IMG/VR virus record: IMGVR_UViG_3300032334_000488
Location: 1-64,000 of that record
DNA length: 64,000 nucleotides
Reading direction: 5' to 3' (one strand)
Origin: a virus
The notes under the pieces are model-generated. The model ran no database searches, was not told the DNA's origin, and saw nothing but the letters and a program-made list of their open reading frames with translations. Both the position numbers and the translations under genes were made by a program. Shown here piece after piece: positions 10,779 through 20,751 of this stretch. Each line of letters opens with the position of its first letter. Positions within the stretch are counted from its first letter, which is position 1.

Positions 10779-11266
10779 TGCTAAACCTAGGAGATGGATC
10801 AAAGCAGGCTGTGGATAAGATGAAGGCACAGAATATCAACCTGTGGCCTGAGCAAGACAAGCAGCCACCTATGCCTAAAGACATCTCCCTGTTGGAGAGC
10901 GATGAACTTAGCGCTTTGTTTACACGCCTGACAGCGTGGTCTAACTTCGTAGCGGGACAGTTAGCCGCATCACAGGTAGATGAGAAGGTGCTGGAGAAGC
11001 GCAGAGACATGCTGGAAGCAAAGTTGCTGATTATGAAAGACACCAGTAAGGTTAAGGGTGAACGAGTGACCATGATGAAGGCTCAGGTGATGGCTGATCC
11101 AGACTTCATGGAGATTGAGGAACGCTATATGAATGCCTATGCGTACCGCAAGATGTTAGAGGTTGTGTATAACAACTTTGAACGTGATGTGGCGCTGGTA
11201 TCCAGAGAGATCACTCGTCGAACCAATGACGTTAGAACGGGACGAAAGGATAAATTCGGAGTATGA
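10778..11266 (+). CDS. helical coiled-coil protein (possibly UvsY-like)
   Basis: helical composition, VSREITRR; context only. Confidence 0.5.
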   Translation: MLNLGDGSKQAVDKMKAQNINLWPEQDKQPPMPKDISLLESDELSALFTRLTAWSNFVAGQLAASQVDEKVLEKRRDMLEAKLLIMKDTSKVKGERVTMMKAQVMADPDFMEIEERYMNAYAYRKMLEVVYNNFERDVALVSREITRRTNDVRTGRKDKFGV

Positions 11267-12156
11267 AACGGTTAATAACATTACTTATCTCTGTAACGCT
11301 ACTAGGAGTTGTTCCAGTACATGCAGAGCCAGCACCAGCAGTTGTAGTAATTGACAACGGAACTAACACATCACTATTCAAAGACAGCATTGTGTATGAG
11401 GTCTGTCTAGTATCAACACGAGTATGTCCTAACGGGAAGATGTCCATGGAAGGTACAGGGGCTGCAAACCTGCCACCTACAACAGACAAGAACTTTAACC
11501 ATGGAACTCAGATGATCTCCTTGGTTTTACGATTCAACCCAAATGCAAAGATCATTCCTATTCGCATTGTAGGTATGACAGCAACTGGTACGCAGGCTCT
11601 TTACACCATGGACGATGTGCAGACAGCACTCAACTGGGTTGTTGCTAACCGAGTGAAGTACAACATTGCAGTTGTCAGCCTTGCACAAGGAGGGATCTTT
11701 GCAGGATGTAAAGTTCCAGCAGGAATGGCTACAAACATTGCAACACTTAAGGCAGCAAATGTGCCAGTGATAACAGCAGTAGGTAACAACAGCAGTCGCA
11801 CAGATGTTTTTGCTCCTGCATGTTTACCTGACACTGTTTCGATTGGTGCTACAGATAACCCATGGCCAGGTTCACAACCTATTGAGTATGATCCAAAGGC
11901 TGCTCCTTACATTGCTCGCTATAGCAATGGTGCACAGGGACAGACAGACTTCTTCTTAAATGGCCGTTGGAATGCAAAGCAACTAGATGGAACAACTAAG
12001 TTCACAACTGGTACATCAGGAGCAACCGCAGCCATGGCTGGTTGGTGGTTACTGAATAGGAAAGAAACCTTTGACGCAACATTTAATGCATTGATGGCTA
12101 CAACTGTTGATGCTAAGAACGAATTCCAGACAGGAAAATATGTCCGACTCCCATAA
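11263..12156 (+). CDS. secreted subtilisin-like (S8) serine protease
   Basis: Signal peptide; VVIDNG, HGT, AVGN, GTSGA catalytic motifs. Confidence 0.88.
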   Translation: MKRLITLLISVTLLGVVPVHAEPAPAVVVIDNGTNTSLFKDSIVYEVCLVSTRVCPNGKMSMEGTGAANLPPTTDKNFNHGTQMISLVLRFNPNAKIIPIRIVGMTATGTQALYTMDDVQTALNWVVANRVKYNIAVVSLAQGGIFAGCKVPAGMATNIATLKAANVPVITAVGNNSSRTDVFAPACLPDTVSIGATDNPWPGSQPIEYDPKAAPYIARYSNGAQGQTDFFLNGRWNAKQLDGTTKFTTGTSGATAAMAGWWLLNRKETFDATFNALMATTVDAKNEFQTGKYVRLP

Positions 12157-12433
12157 GAACATCTTGCAAGAAGCAGATGACTTAATCCATGGAGATCGTA
12201 ATTACACTTACGACCATCCACTAGACAACTTCAACCGAATTAAAAAGGGTTGGGAAGTTATTTTCGGTATTGATATTACTGAAGAACAAGTAGGTCTAGC
12301 AATGGTGTGGGTAAAGATTGCACGAGAGGCGTACATGCACAAGAGAGATAACTTGACGGACGGGGCAGGTTATCTTGGAACCATTGAGATGGTTATAGAT
12401 GAAAGAACCCTCCGTGCCAACAAAACTGTTTGA
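12140..12433 (+). CDS. DUF6378-like helical phage protein
   Basis: ILQEA..LI.GDR..YDHP..NF.RI...W...KIAR...DN..D.AGY. Confidence 0.7.
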   Translation: MSDSHKNILQEADDLIHGDRNYTYDHPLDNFNRIKKGWEVIFGIDITEEQVGLAMVWVKIAREAYMHKRDNLTDGAGYLGTIEMVIDERTLRANKTV

Positions 12434-13001
12434 TGGTGGATTAACAGATAAGCAAGTCCTCGTTGCGGTTGGTATTGACCAATCGTTAACGGGGTTTGCT
12501 TTGTCTGCAGTAAGCATTGCAGAACCAGAGAAGCACATCACATGGGTATACAAGTCTCCCTATTTTGGCATTGAAAGACTTGTAGATATTCGTCAGTGGT
12601 TGATCGACACACTTGACTATGTATCTGAAGATCATGGCATCGTAGACATTGCTATGGAAGGCTCAGTACTTGCTAGTCACGCAGCCTTAGTTCTTGGAGA
12701 GTTGGCCGCTGTGGTCAAGATGGCAATCTACGATTACTTTGGTGAAGATGAAAACTGTCGTTATCCACTAAAGGTTCCACCAATGACATTGAAGAAATAC
12801 GCCTCAGGTAAAGGAAATGCCAAAAAACAAGAGATGTTGATGCAAATCTACAAGAGGTGGGGCATCGAGTTCAATGATGACAATGCAGCAGACGCCTACG
12901 CTCTAGGAAGGCTTGCTGGAAAAACTGCGATTGATGAAACTGAGCGGGCAGTAGCCAAACAAATAGAAGATCCTAAATACAGAGACCAAGCCAGACTTTA
13001 G
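12399..13001 (+). CDS. ruvC: RuvC-like resolvase
   Basis: GIDQSLTG, MEG, KKYASGKGNAKK, DNAADA. Confidence 0.85.
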   Translation: MKEPSVPTKLFDGGLTDKQVLVAVGIDQSLTGFALSAVSIAEPEKHITWVYKSPYFGIERLVDIRQWLIDTLDYVSEDHGIVDIAMEGSVLASHAALVLGELAAVVKMAIYDYFGEDENCRYPLKVPPMTLKKYASGKGNAKKQEMLMQIYKRWGIEFNDDNAADAYALGRLAGKTAIDETERAVAKQIEDPKYRDQARL

Positions 13002-13056
13002 CCGTACTATTTAGTCCAGGAGCGGCACACAACATCGAACCAAAGGACTAATAACT

Positions 13057-13350
13057 GTGACAGAACCAACTATCCCTATTTCTGCTGACGAACCGTTCCT
13101 ACGTGTCAGCGCATCTTCAAACCCTCAGAGCGTTGCCTCAGCAATCGCTCACGCAATCTACGATAAGAAGGAAGTAAAACTTCGTGCCGTAGGCGCTGGA
13201 GCGGTTAATCAGGCAGTAAAGGCCATTGCTATCGCCAGAGGCTATGTAGCCCCTCGTGGCATGGATCTATCCTGTATTCCAGGGTTTACCACTATTGAAT
13301 CCCGTGATGGTGAGATCTCTGCAATCGTATTTGCCATTACAGCCAACTAA
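13057..13350 (+). CDS. SpoVS-like (Alba-fold) protein
   Basis: LRVSASSNPQSVASAIA...AVGAGAVNQAVKAIAIARGYV. Confidence 0.85.
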   Translation: MTEPTIPISADEPFLRVSASSNPQSVASAIAHAIYDKKEVKLRAVGAGAVNQAVKAIAIARGYVAPRGMDLSCIPGFTTIESRDGEISAIVFAITAN

Positions 13351-13387
13351 AACAGGTTTACCCTTAGACATAGATTAAGGAGTCAAC

Positions 13388-13804
13388 ATGGCAACTTGGA
13401 CATCAATGGGTCACGCAATGCGTCGTCGCATGGGCGCACCTACAAATCATCATGAAGCGGCAGGTAAGAGTATGAGCAAAGATTTAACTCCAGAGCAGAT
13501 CACTGCATCAGGTGGACGAGCATACATGGGTAGTGCTGCAGGTGGATTCACTTCACCAAGCGCAACACCTGCTGTTGGAAAGTTAATGCCTAAGAAGAAC
13601 ACACAGGCTGGCGATCCAACAATCAACAACAAGGCAAATCGCCAGAATGTTGAGCGTCATGGTGCTCAGTACCGTATTACTGCAAAGATGCCTGCACCGA
13701 TTAACATCGAAGCAGGATCAACAATGGCAAATGCAAAAGTCATTCCTTCAGTAATGGGTAAGCAGACACCTAACTTTAATAACGGCGTAGACAGCGCTTA
13801 CTAA
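13388..13804 (+). CDS. low-complexity basic hypothetical protein
   Basis: SD AAGGAG; A/G/N/M-rich. Confidence 0.65.
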   Translation: MATWTSMGHAMRRRMGAPTNHHEAAGKSMSKDLTPEQITASGGRAYMGSAAGGFTSPSATPAVGKLMPKKNTQAGDPTINNKANRQNVERHGAQYRITAKMPAPINIEAGSTMANAKVIPSVMGKQTPNFNNGVDSAY

Positions 13805-13806
13805 TC

Positions 13807-14049
13807 ATGAGTGACTCATTATCATCGAGTCAGTTCTCTCCAGTAACGCCAGACATAACTACACCTTTATCATTAAGTAAAGCGACAACTGGAAGTGCTG
13901 CACAGGCAACTGCATGGCGTAACCGTTCTTTAGGAGAAGGTCGTCCTCTAGCATTGTCCTCCAAAACACAAGGCACTACTTTTAGTTGGGATGATTCGTC
14001 CTCTCAACCTTCTGTTCCACAAGCAGACAAGGGAATGGGTCGCAACTAA
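13807..14049 (+). CDS. Ser-rich protein with SLSSSQF tag
   Basis: ORF track; tag at residues 4-10. Confidence 0.65.
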   Translation: MSDSLSSSQFSPVTPDITTPLSLSKATTGSAAQATAWRNRSLGEGRPLALSSKTQGTTFSWDDSSSQPSVPQADKGMGRN

Positions 14050-14561
14050 TGGCTAGACAGCGTCCTGTAATTCGTTCTGAAAAACTTACTCGACCTGCTG
14101 GGGTTCACCCTGCGTTGAGTGCAGTCGAATTTGCAGCACGCACAAATGCTAAACCAATAAGTGATCGTGGACTTACGATGAACGTCCGTACTGGGGTTAC
14201 TACAGACGAACAACCAGCAACTGGTTATGCAGTTGGTGGAGAGCGTGATGTACAGGGTCGCCGTATTAACACTAAGAAAGTTAATACAGGAAGTAAAGAC
14301 CCTAAACTTAGTGCAAACGATGTTTCTAAATTTTCAGAAAAAGTACGCATGGGAACTAAGGATAAGAATGTAAACATTGGCTCATGGGTAGATCCAAGCA
14401 AGCCAAAGAGTGGCGTTCAACTGGATGCTTCTCGTGTCTACACAAACAAAAAAGAAGCCACAAAGAAGATGGAAGAACGTAAGGAGGACGCTATGTATAA
14501 CGTCCAGACTTACGAGAACGTTCCTAATCTTAAGAAAAAGCCAAAAGAAAAGAATCGATAA
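14049..14561 (+). CDS. basic hypothetical protein (ALSAVEF tag variant)
   Basis: ORF track; coupled to neighbours. Confidence 0.65.
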   Translation: MARQRPVIRSEKLTRPAGVHPALSAVEFAARTNAKPISDRGLTMNVRTGVTTDEQPATGYAVGGERDVQGRRINTKKVNTGSKDPKLSANDVSKFSEKVRMGTKDKNVNIGSWVDPSKPKSGVQLDASRVYTNKKEATKKMEERKEDAMYNVQTYENVPNLKKKPKEKNR

Positions 14562-15094
14562 TGGCTGGCGGATACAATAACTTTTCACCATCGCAGAACT
14601 GGCAATCGCTAGGTGGCGGTGGATTAAACGGCTATAACAATCAAGGTGGTGCAGGTACTCCTGTAGCACGTGACACTATGGATTCACTTCGTATTGGTGT
14701 CGGAAGAGTTCCATCTGCAGAATATCCTGACGGCTATTTAGGCACTATTCGCTCACGTCGTGATGACCGTTTGTTGGATAGCATCAAGAACCGTGTTAAC
14801 CAGAAGTCATACCAGCGAGGTGTACACAAAGGTGAGCGTATTGAGCCATCTATGTACTACTGGCCTGAAGAGTTCACTCCTGACATGGGTCTAGCCCGTC
14901 AGATGAAAGCAACTCTAGTTAACCGTGATGGTGCAGTGTCATACATGATGCCACGCAGTGCACCACAGACTCACCTTACTCCTGCTCCTCACCTCGTCAA
15001 TGATGGTAAAGCCAACACACAGGCTAATGAGCCAGGACAGATTGATGCACGCCGTCAAGCGATGCTTGCTTACTTGAGACCAGCGTGGTCATAA
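14561..15094 (+). CDS. hypothetical protein
   Basis: ORF track; AEYPDGYLGTIRSRRDDRLL. Confidence 0.7.
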   Translation: MAGGYNNFSPSQNWQSLGGGGLNGYNNQGGAGTPVARDTMDSLRIGVGRVPSAEYPDGYLGTIRSRRDDRLLDSIKNRVNQKSYQRGVHKGERIEPSMYYWPEEFTPDMGLARQMKATLVNRDGAVSYMMPRSAPQTHLTPAPHLVNDGKANTQANEPGQIDARRQAMLAYLRPAWS

Positions 15095-15095
15095 C

Positions 15096-15770
15096 ATGGC
15101 TAAATTTGGTGTAGACCCACATGGTCGCTGGGATAAGAACCTAGCAGAGTCTCAATTTAAGGGACATGTAGAAAACATTATTGGTAAGTACAAGCAGGCC
15201 CCAGAAGAGATGTTGAAGGGCGGTCATGAGTGGTACAGCAAAGCACATGATGTTGCACACACCATTGGTGGTGGAGACACTCGTAGAGGCGCAGGAATCA
15301 TCGCAGCATTGTCTCCATTAAGCACATGGGAAAAGAATGTTTCACAAGCACATGAACTGATTAAAACTGGCAATGTTCATAATGCCCTTCTTCCAGCAAA
15401 TGTTGAGAAGGCTCGTCGTATTCACCAAGGAGAAGACCCTGAGTCTGTTCTAGGTGGACACAAAGTAACTAACTTCTTCCACAATATTCATGATCCTAGT
15501 AGTGCAGAGCACGTAACTATTGACCGTCACGCATACGACATTGCGATGGGACATCCTTTTGTTGGCGCAGGTGGCGGTAAAGCAAAACGTAATATTACTG
15601 AAGGACCAAGTGGACACGTGCCTATGTCAGAAGACCTTGGGTTAAGTTCATTCGGTCGTTACAAGCACTTCGCACATGCATACAAGACTGCTGCTGGAGA
15701 ACTAGGTGTTGATTTGCCACACAAAGTTCAGGCAACTACTTGGGTTCAACATAGAGGTGCAATCGGATGA
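15096..15770 (+). CDS. HhH-GPD-like DNA glycosylase-fold protein (DUF7178-like) with NLAESQF tag
   Basis: G..WY, IAALSP...W..N, G.KV..F, VTIDRH, QA.TW. Confidence 0.65.
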   Translation: MAKFGVDPHGRWDKNLAESQFKGHVENIIGKYKQAPEEMLKGGHEWYSKAHDVAHTIGGGDTRRGAGIIAALSPLSTWEKNVSQAHELIKTGNVHNALLPANVEKARRIHQGEDPESVLGGHKVTNFFHNIHDPSSAEHVTIDRHAYDIAMGHPFVGAGGGKAKRNITEGPSGHVPMSEDLGLSSFGRYKHFAHAYKTAAGELGVDLPHKVQATTWVQHRGAIG

Positions 15771-16126
15771 CGCAACATGTTGACGGAGTTTATGATCACA
15801 CCAAACCATGGCGTGCACCAGTAAAGCCAGACCAGGTAGCAAAGCGTTACTCTTATCTTGGCCCATGGGCGTCTAACCAAGAGCGCCTAACACAACAGGC
15901 GTTGATGGTGATGAACATTCCTGGTGCAGATATCTCAGCAATGGTGCGTCCACCCCTGCCACAGATTCAACTGTTTCCAGATCGTTATGGATACGAGAGA
16001 AAACAACCTGGAATCGATGACATCGTAACTGTTGATCGTAACTACACAGAACCACGCATTTCTTGGTATTCTGGTGGAGTTGCTGGCTACCAAGCAGCAG
16101 AACGTAACGGATTGGGGACCAACTAA
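15767..16126 (+). CDS. hypothetical protein
   Basis: ORF track, overlapping start/stop. Confidence 0.6.
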   Translation: MTQHVDGVYDHTKPWRAPVKPDQVAKRYSYLGPWASNQERLTQQALMVMNIPGADISAMVRPPLPQIQLFPDRYGYERKQPGIDDIVTVDRNYTEPRISWYSGGVAGYQAAERNGLGTN

Positions 16127-16323
16127 TGGATGGTGATGGCATGATGTCCATGGAGTTGCAGGCTCGCCAAATTGCTGAGAACGCAACCCGTTACAACGGA
16201 TCTGCTCCATGTCCAACCTGTGGAGTAATCATGAACCCTGTAGAATTTATGGCAAATAGAGGTCATTGCCTCTCTTGCGTTACACAACGCAATGCTCAAC
16301 GAGTGAAAGGTAAGATGGCATAA
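16126..16323 (+). CDS. small zinc-finger protein
   Basis: CPTC...CLSC. Confidence 0.6.
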   Translation: MDGDGMMSMELQARQIAENATRYNGSAPCPTCGVIMNPVEFMANRGHCLSCVTQRNAQRVKGKMA

Positions 16324-16523
16324 TGACAGTTAACTCATCACGTTCAATGAATGCCTCATTAGACGAAGGCGCAACAGACGGCAAGTACCGTAAAGTTCGC
16401 CCAGATACAGAGGTAGGAACTGAGTCATCAGCAACTATCGCCAACCGTCAATCACTGCACCCATTCTATGGTTATGGATTTGCAACATCTGAGTATCCAA
16501 ACAAGGTAAACCCAGGTAAGTAA
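16323..16523 (+). CDS. hypothetical protein
   Basis: ORF track, coupled. Confidence 0.6.
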   Translation: MTVNSSRSMNASLDEGATDGKYRKVRPDTEVGTESSATIANRQSLHPFYGYGFATSEYPNKVNPGK

Positions 16524-16525
16524 TC

Positions 16526-16720
16526 ATGGAATTTAACGACCGCAGAAAGAACCCTCACACTCCCCTATCTAAGAGTGCGATGAAGACTTGGGAAAATGAA
16601 ACCGTTACAGGTAGAGACAACCCAAAATGGAAATGTGAAAGTTGCGGTAACAAAGGCGCACAAGATTACGCAGGTCAAGGCCGTGTATGCGAGTCTTGCG
16701 CTTCAAGTTTGGGGTTCTAA
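16526..16720 (+). CDS. small zinc-finger protein
   Basis: CESC...CESC. Confidence 0.6.
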   Translation: MEFNDRRKNPHTPLSKSAMKTWENETVTGRDNPKWKCESCGNKGAQDYAGQGRVCESCASSLGF

Positions 16721-16723
16721 AAA

Positions 16724-16948
16724 ATGCCTACACAGGTTCCTGATCGTGGAGAAAACCCACGTCGTAAAGTAAATTTTTACGATGCTAAAGGGGATTTTAG
16801 CCACAGTGCAGACATTCGTTGGTTAGCCCCTAAAGGCTACCGATCAGGTCGTCCCCATGGTTCAGAATTAAAGAAGCACATGAAGCCTATGGGCGGATGG
16901 GCATTGCCTGAATACGACAACAACCCAAAGGCACCTAAGGATAAATAA
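16724..16948 (+). CDS. hypothetical protein
   Basis: ORF track. Confidence 0.55.
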   Translation: MPTQVPDRGENPRRKVNFYDAKGDFSHSADIRWLAPKGYRSGRPHGSELKKHMKPMGGWALPEYDNNPKAPKDK

Positions 16949-16983
16949 TCTGTTAGGATAATCGGACTACTACAAGGAGCACA

Positions 16984-17532
16984 ATGAGTAACGTACCAAT
17001 TTTGGGTGAAAAGAAAAAAGACCAAGAACCGATGTTTCGGTTGCTTTATTGTCTTGTCTGCCAATCTCTAGATGAATTGCCACCCTATGATGGTGAGCCA
17101 GAGTTAGACCACCTCCTTGCTGTTGCATGTGAGGCACATGTATTCCCATCAGGAGAACCACACAAAGGTAAATTATTTGTGTTGCCACTTCGTGCATGGG
17201 CACACAACGAATCAAAGCGAGAGATCATTAGCCAGATCAAGGGCGGTGGATCAGCAGGTCTTGCCTCAATCGATGAGACCTTCTACGAATCTCGATCTAC
17301 TTTCATGGAAGATGCAATGAAGTGCTACAAGCAGCACAACAAACCAAAAGATGGATGTTCTGATTGGCACAAGAGCGATCTCATGCTCATTCCTAAGACT
17401 GAGAAAGACCGTATCAAAGAAGGTATGGGTAAGTATAAAGACACTCCAGGTCAGAAGACCTATCTCTGTGATTTCTGTCCAGTAGCGATTGGCGTTGCAG
17501 AGCGTAAACAGAAACTGTTAGGAATGAAATAA
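16984..17532 (+). CDS. Cys/His-rich hypothetical protein
   Basis: SD AAGGAG; CLVC, LCDFCP. Confidence 0.7.
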   Translation: MSNVPILGEKKKDQEPMFRLLYCLVCQSLDELPPYDGEPELDHLLAVACEAHVFPSGEPHKGKLFVLPLRAWAHNESKREIISQIKGGGSAGLASIDETFYESRSTFMEDAMKCYKQHNKPKDGCSDWHKSDLMLIPKTEKDRIKEGMGKYKDTPGQKTYLCDFCPVAIGVAERKQKLLGMK

Positions 17533-17807
17533 TGGAAGAACAGAAGATTCAAGCAGGGTTTAGTGTAACTATCAATGAGGATGGAACTCTATCGACCCAC
17601 GTGTTCCCAGCAAGCGATACAGTTGCACGACAAGCAACTACCTACGACATCTTTGGATGCTGCAAAGAACTAGTTGAAGACATTGAGTCACAACTACTTG
17701 CAGATCGTATCTCAAAGGCTGTTATTGCTAAGTTAATGCCTCCAACGCCAGAAGAAACGGCAAAAGTACGCATTGCTGAGGCTTTAGCAAACCGCCAAGC
17801 ACAATAA
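17532..17807 (+). CDS. hypothetical protein
   Basis: ORF track, coupled. Confidence 0.65.
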   Translation: MEEQKIQAGFSVTINEDGTLSTHVFPASDTVARQATTYDIFGCCKELVEDIESQLLADRISKAVIAKLMPPTPEETAKVRIAEALANRQAQ

Positions 17808-17824
17808 CCACATAAACTAGGAGC

Positions 17825-18763
17825 ATGAACCGCTCTGATGGATTAGACCGCTATGTTGGACCTGTATCCATACAGGCGCTACCAACATCGTACTTCTCCC
17901 AACCAGAAGAGTCTTTAGATCCTGAATTGTTCTCTGGAACAACTATCAGGGGTTGGGTTCGCAATGGAATCCTCCAGTTATTAAATGGTTTTCTTAATGA
18001 AACTTATCGTCATCCAGATTTATGGACACGAGTGTGGATAGCAGGATCTGCTGTCTCCTATCAATGGTCTGCTGCTCGTGAGCCAGGAGACCTTGATGTC
18101 TTGATCGGTGTTGACTATATTCAGTTCCGCAAGGCTCATCCAGAGTACAACGGACTTGGTGACACAGAGATTAGCAAGATGTTAAACGAAGATTTTCGTG
18201 CACATCTACAGCCAGATACCAAAGACTGGAATGGGTTTGAAGTAACTTTTTACGTTAATCCTGGCGCTACAGACATCCGCACTATCAATCCTTACGCTGC
18301 CTACGATTTAACCCATAACGATTGGACAGTCTTTCCACAAAAGCAATCTGCACCTCTAAACCCAATAGGTGAAAAGGCTGCACAACGTGATTTACAAAGC
18401 GCATCTGATGTGGTTATGCGTTATACCCAAGCACTAGCAGACTTACGTGGCGCACAGAATGACGCAGCACGACGTAACGCAGAGTTTAGAGTTCAACAAC
18501 TATTGATGCATGGTTCGATGTTATTCGAAGACATCCACTCAAGTCGTCGTTATGCTTTCAGCCCTAGTGGTGGTGGGTATGCTGACGTATACAACTACCG
18601 TTGGCAGGCTGGTAAGAAGTACGGAACAGTACCAGCGCTTCGACAGATGCACGATTACTGGAACGAGTACAAGAACAAGCAGGCACAAGAGACTTACGGA
18701 ATTGAACTACCAGACACACAGACACTAATCAGGAGAGCAGCAACTTACCGAACAAGGGACTAA
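17825..18763 (+). CDS. Pol-beta superfamily nucleotidyltransferase
   Basis: WIAGS...GDLDVLIGVD (hGS + DxD) and downstream FEVTFY. Confidence 0.78.
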   Translation: MNRSDGLDRYVGPVSIQALPTSYFSQPEESLDPELFSGTTIRGWVRNGILQLLNGFLNETYRHPDLWTRVWIAGSAVSYQWSAAREPGDLDVLIGVDYIQFRKAHPEYNGLGDTEISKMLNEDFRAHLQPDTKDWNGFEVTFYVNPGATDIRTINPYAAYDLTHNDWTVFPQKQSAPLNPIGEKAAQRDLQSASDVVMRYTQALADLRGAQNDAARRNAEFRVQQLLMHGSMLFEDIHSSRRYAFSPSGGGYADVYNYRWQAGKKYGTVPALRQMHDYWNEYKNKQAQETYGIELPDTQTLIRRAATYRTRD

Positions 18764-18764
18764 C

Positions 18765-19253
18765 GTGAACGTATTACTATCACTAGACGGCGTATTAAGT
18801 TCAGACTCAGGCGATCCAATCAGAGCAGGAGTTATGCTCTACTACGCTCTGAACATTAACAATCGTGTAGCCATCATGACCTCTCGCAAGAAAGATGATG
18901 CAGAGCACTGGCTTCAATCACACGGAATCATCAACTACGATGACCTTATCGACTACTCTTATCACCTAGAAGGGGATGATCTTAAGAAGCGCCAGTTTGT
19001 TATGAGTCGATCTCGTGCACCGATTGAGATGTATGTCGATGCTGATCCAAAGATGTGTGCATGGGTATTTGAAGAGCAGGGTGTTCCTGCTGTTATGTTC
19101 ATGAACCCAGGCTATTTGGCTGTTGAGCGACGTCCTGATGCACCTAAGAAGGTTCGTCAGTGGTCTGAGATCGAGAACTCCATCACCAGAGTTAATGTGG
19201 CTAAGTCCAAGGATGCCGCTAACCCCAAGGAACTAGAGTTCTGGGATGACTAA
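18765..19253 (+). CDS. HAD-like protein (motif I degenerate)
   Basis: LLSLDGVL, IMTSR, WL..HGI, YVDAD. Confidence 0.65.
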   Translation: MNVLLSLDGVLSSDSGDPIRAGVMLYYALNINNRVAIMTSRKKDDAEHWLQSHGIINYDDLIDYSYHLEGDDLKKRQFVMSRSRAPIEMYVDADPKMCAWVFEEQGVPAVMFMNPGYLAVERRPDAPKKVRQWSEIENSITRVNVAKSKDAANPKELEFWDD

Positions 19254-20751
19254 ACTTATCTTCTCAGGGGTAGAGGTTGGCTCCAACCGCACCCTTCTAG
19301 AAGGCATGAAAGTTGAGTCGATGGGACTCAACTTTTGGGGTCTTCGTAAGCGTGGTCTGCCTAAGACCAAGGTCTGGCTTATCAGCGAGCACTTCGACCC
19401 AGAGACAAAGGTCTACATCGAGTCAGGGGCATCACAGGCTGACAAGGCTGGGTTATCTCGTGAGGAACTTATCGACTTGGCCGCTGACTACCAAGAGTTC
19501 CTTGTCAACAACGCCGATCGAGCAGAGGGATTTCTTGAGTTCGACTCACAAATACTCGGCCTTGAATGGATAGAACAACAGCGTTCCTTTTTCAGTAACG
19601 ACCCTAAACTATGGGTCATTTGGCACCAAGAGTATGGACAGAGTAAGTTGGCAGAGATGTCAAGGAACTTCCACAATGTGGCTATCCCTAATGACGAGAT
19701 TGAGTCAGTAACTAACTTGGCCGCCCTGACCAGAACTTACTCCAACCAGTTCAAGGTTAACTACCATGCCCTTGGATGTGCCAAGCCAGACAACCTAAGA
19801 TCCATACCATTTGCCACAGCCAGCACATTGTCATGGCTATCGCCTATGCGTAGAGGTGAGACGATCATCTGGGATGGTGCACGTTTAGTACGTTACCCAA
19901 AGAAGATGAAGGATCAGGCACGACCTCGCTACAAGAACATCGTAGACAAGGCTGGGCTAGACTATTCGGAGTTTGTCAAAGATAGTACCCTTGAAGCCAC
20001 TAGAGTAGCGGTCTGGTCATACAAGAAATTAGAGGAATCCATGGACAAGAAATCACCTAACTTCCACATTATCGATGGTGGTAATGACAAGAACTTATCT
20101 GATAATAGCGAAGAACTTATGACGGGATTGATGGGATTAGAACTGTCCGCTTCTGATAACAGTGGAGCAGAAGGGAGGAAAGTGGAGCGTAGTGGATCAG
20201 TAGAAAGAGCCCCTGAAGAGATGCAAAACTTGCCTGTCTTCGGGTTCAAAATGAAGACGATAGTCGAGACTGATGATGATGGCAAAGACATTCTCATGGA
20301 TGTTCCTGTCGTTCAGACACAACAGACTTCTCTTCGCCAATGCGATACCTGCTTTGTTGCATCCAACTGCCCAGCGTTCAAGCAGCAAAATACATGTGCA
20401 TTTAATCTTCCAGTAGAGGTAAAGACGAAGGATCAACTCAAGTCACTACTGACTGCAATTATCGAAATGCAGGGGCAAAGAGTGGCTTTTATGCGATTTG
20501 CTGAGGAAATGAATGGTGGATACGCAGACCCAAATCTATCTCAAGAGATCGATCGCTTGCTGAAGTTAGTGGGCAATGTCAATGAGATGGATCAGAACAA
20601 GGAGTTCATCCAGATCACAGCAAGCAGACAATCTTCTGGCGGAGTGCTCTCTGCAATCTTTGGAGATCGTGCTCAGGCACTCAAAGAGTTCCCTAATCCA
20701 ATCCGTGAAGAGACTGTCACCAAGATTATCTCTGAAGCAATAGAAGAATAA
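19246..20751 (+). CDS. TGT-like TIM-barrel protein (degenerate) fused to Cys-cluster/helical domain
   Basis: YIESGA, EFD, VIWH, HALG, PF...LSW; C-terminal CDTC....CP.......C. Confidence 0.5.
   Translation: MTKLIFSGVEVGSNRTLLEGMKVESMGLNFWGLRKRGLPKTKVWLISEHFDPETKVYIESGASQADKAGLSREELIDLAADYQEFLVNNADRAEGFLEFDSQILGLEWIEQQRSFFSNDPKLWVIWHQEYGQSKLAEMSRNFHNVAIPNDEIESVTNLAALTRTYSNQFKVNYHALGCAKPDNLRSIPFATASTLSWLSPMRRGETIIWDGARLVRYPKKMKDQARPRYKNIVDKAGLDYSEFVKDSTLEATRVAVWSYKKLEESMDKKSPNFHIIDGGNDKNLSDNSEELMTGLMGLELSASDNSGAEGRKVERSGSVERAPEEMQNLPVFGFKMKTIVETDDDGKDILMDVPVVQTQQTSLRQCDTCFVASNCPAFKQQNTCAFNLPVEVKTKDQLKSLLTAIIEMQGQRVAFMRFAEEMNGGYADPNLSQEIDRLLKLVGNVNEMDQNKEFIQITASRQSSGGVLSAIFGDRAQALKEFPNPIREETVTKIISEAIEE

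Noticed and set aside
19246-20751. Complete 7-deazaguanine (Dpd) modification system
   Set aside because: No FolE/QueC/QueD/QueE genes in the window and catalytic Asp positions look substituted
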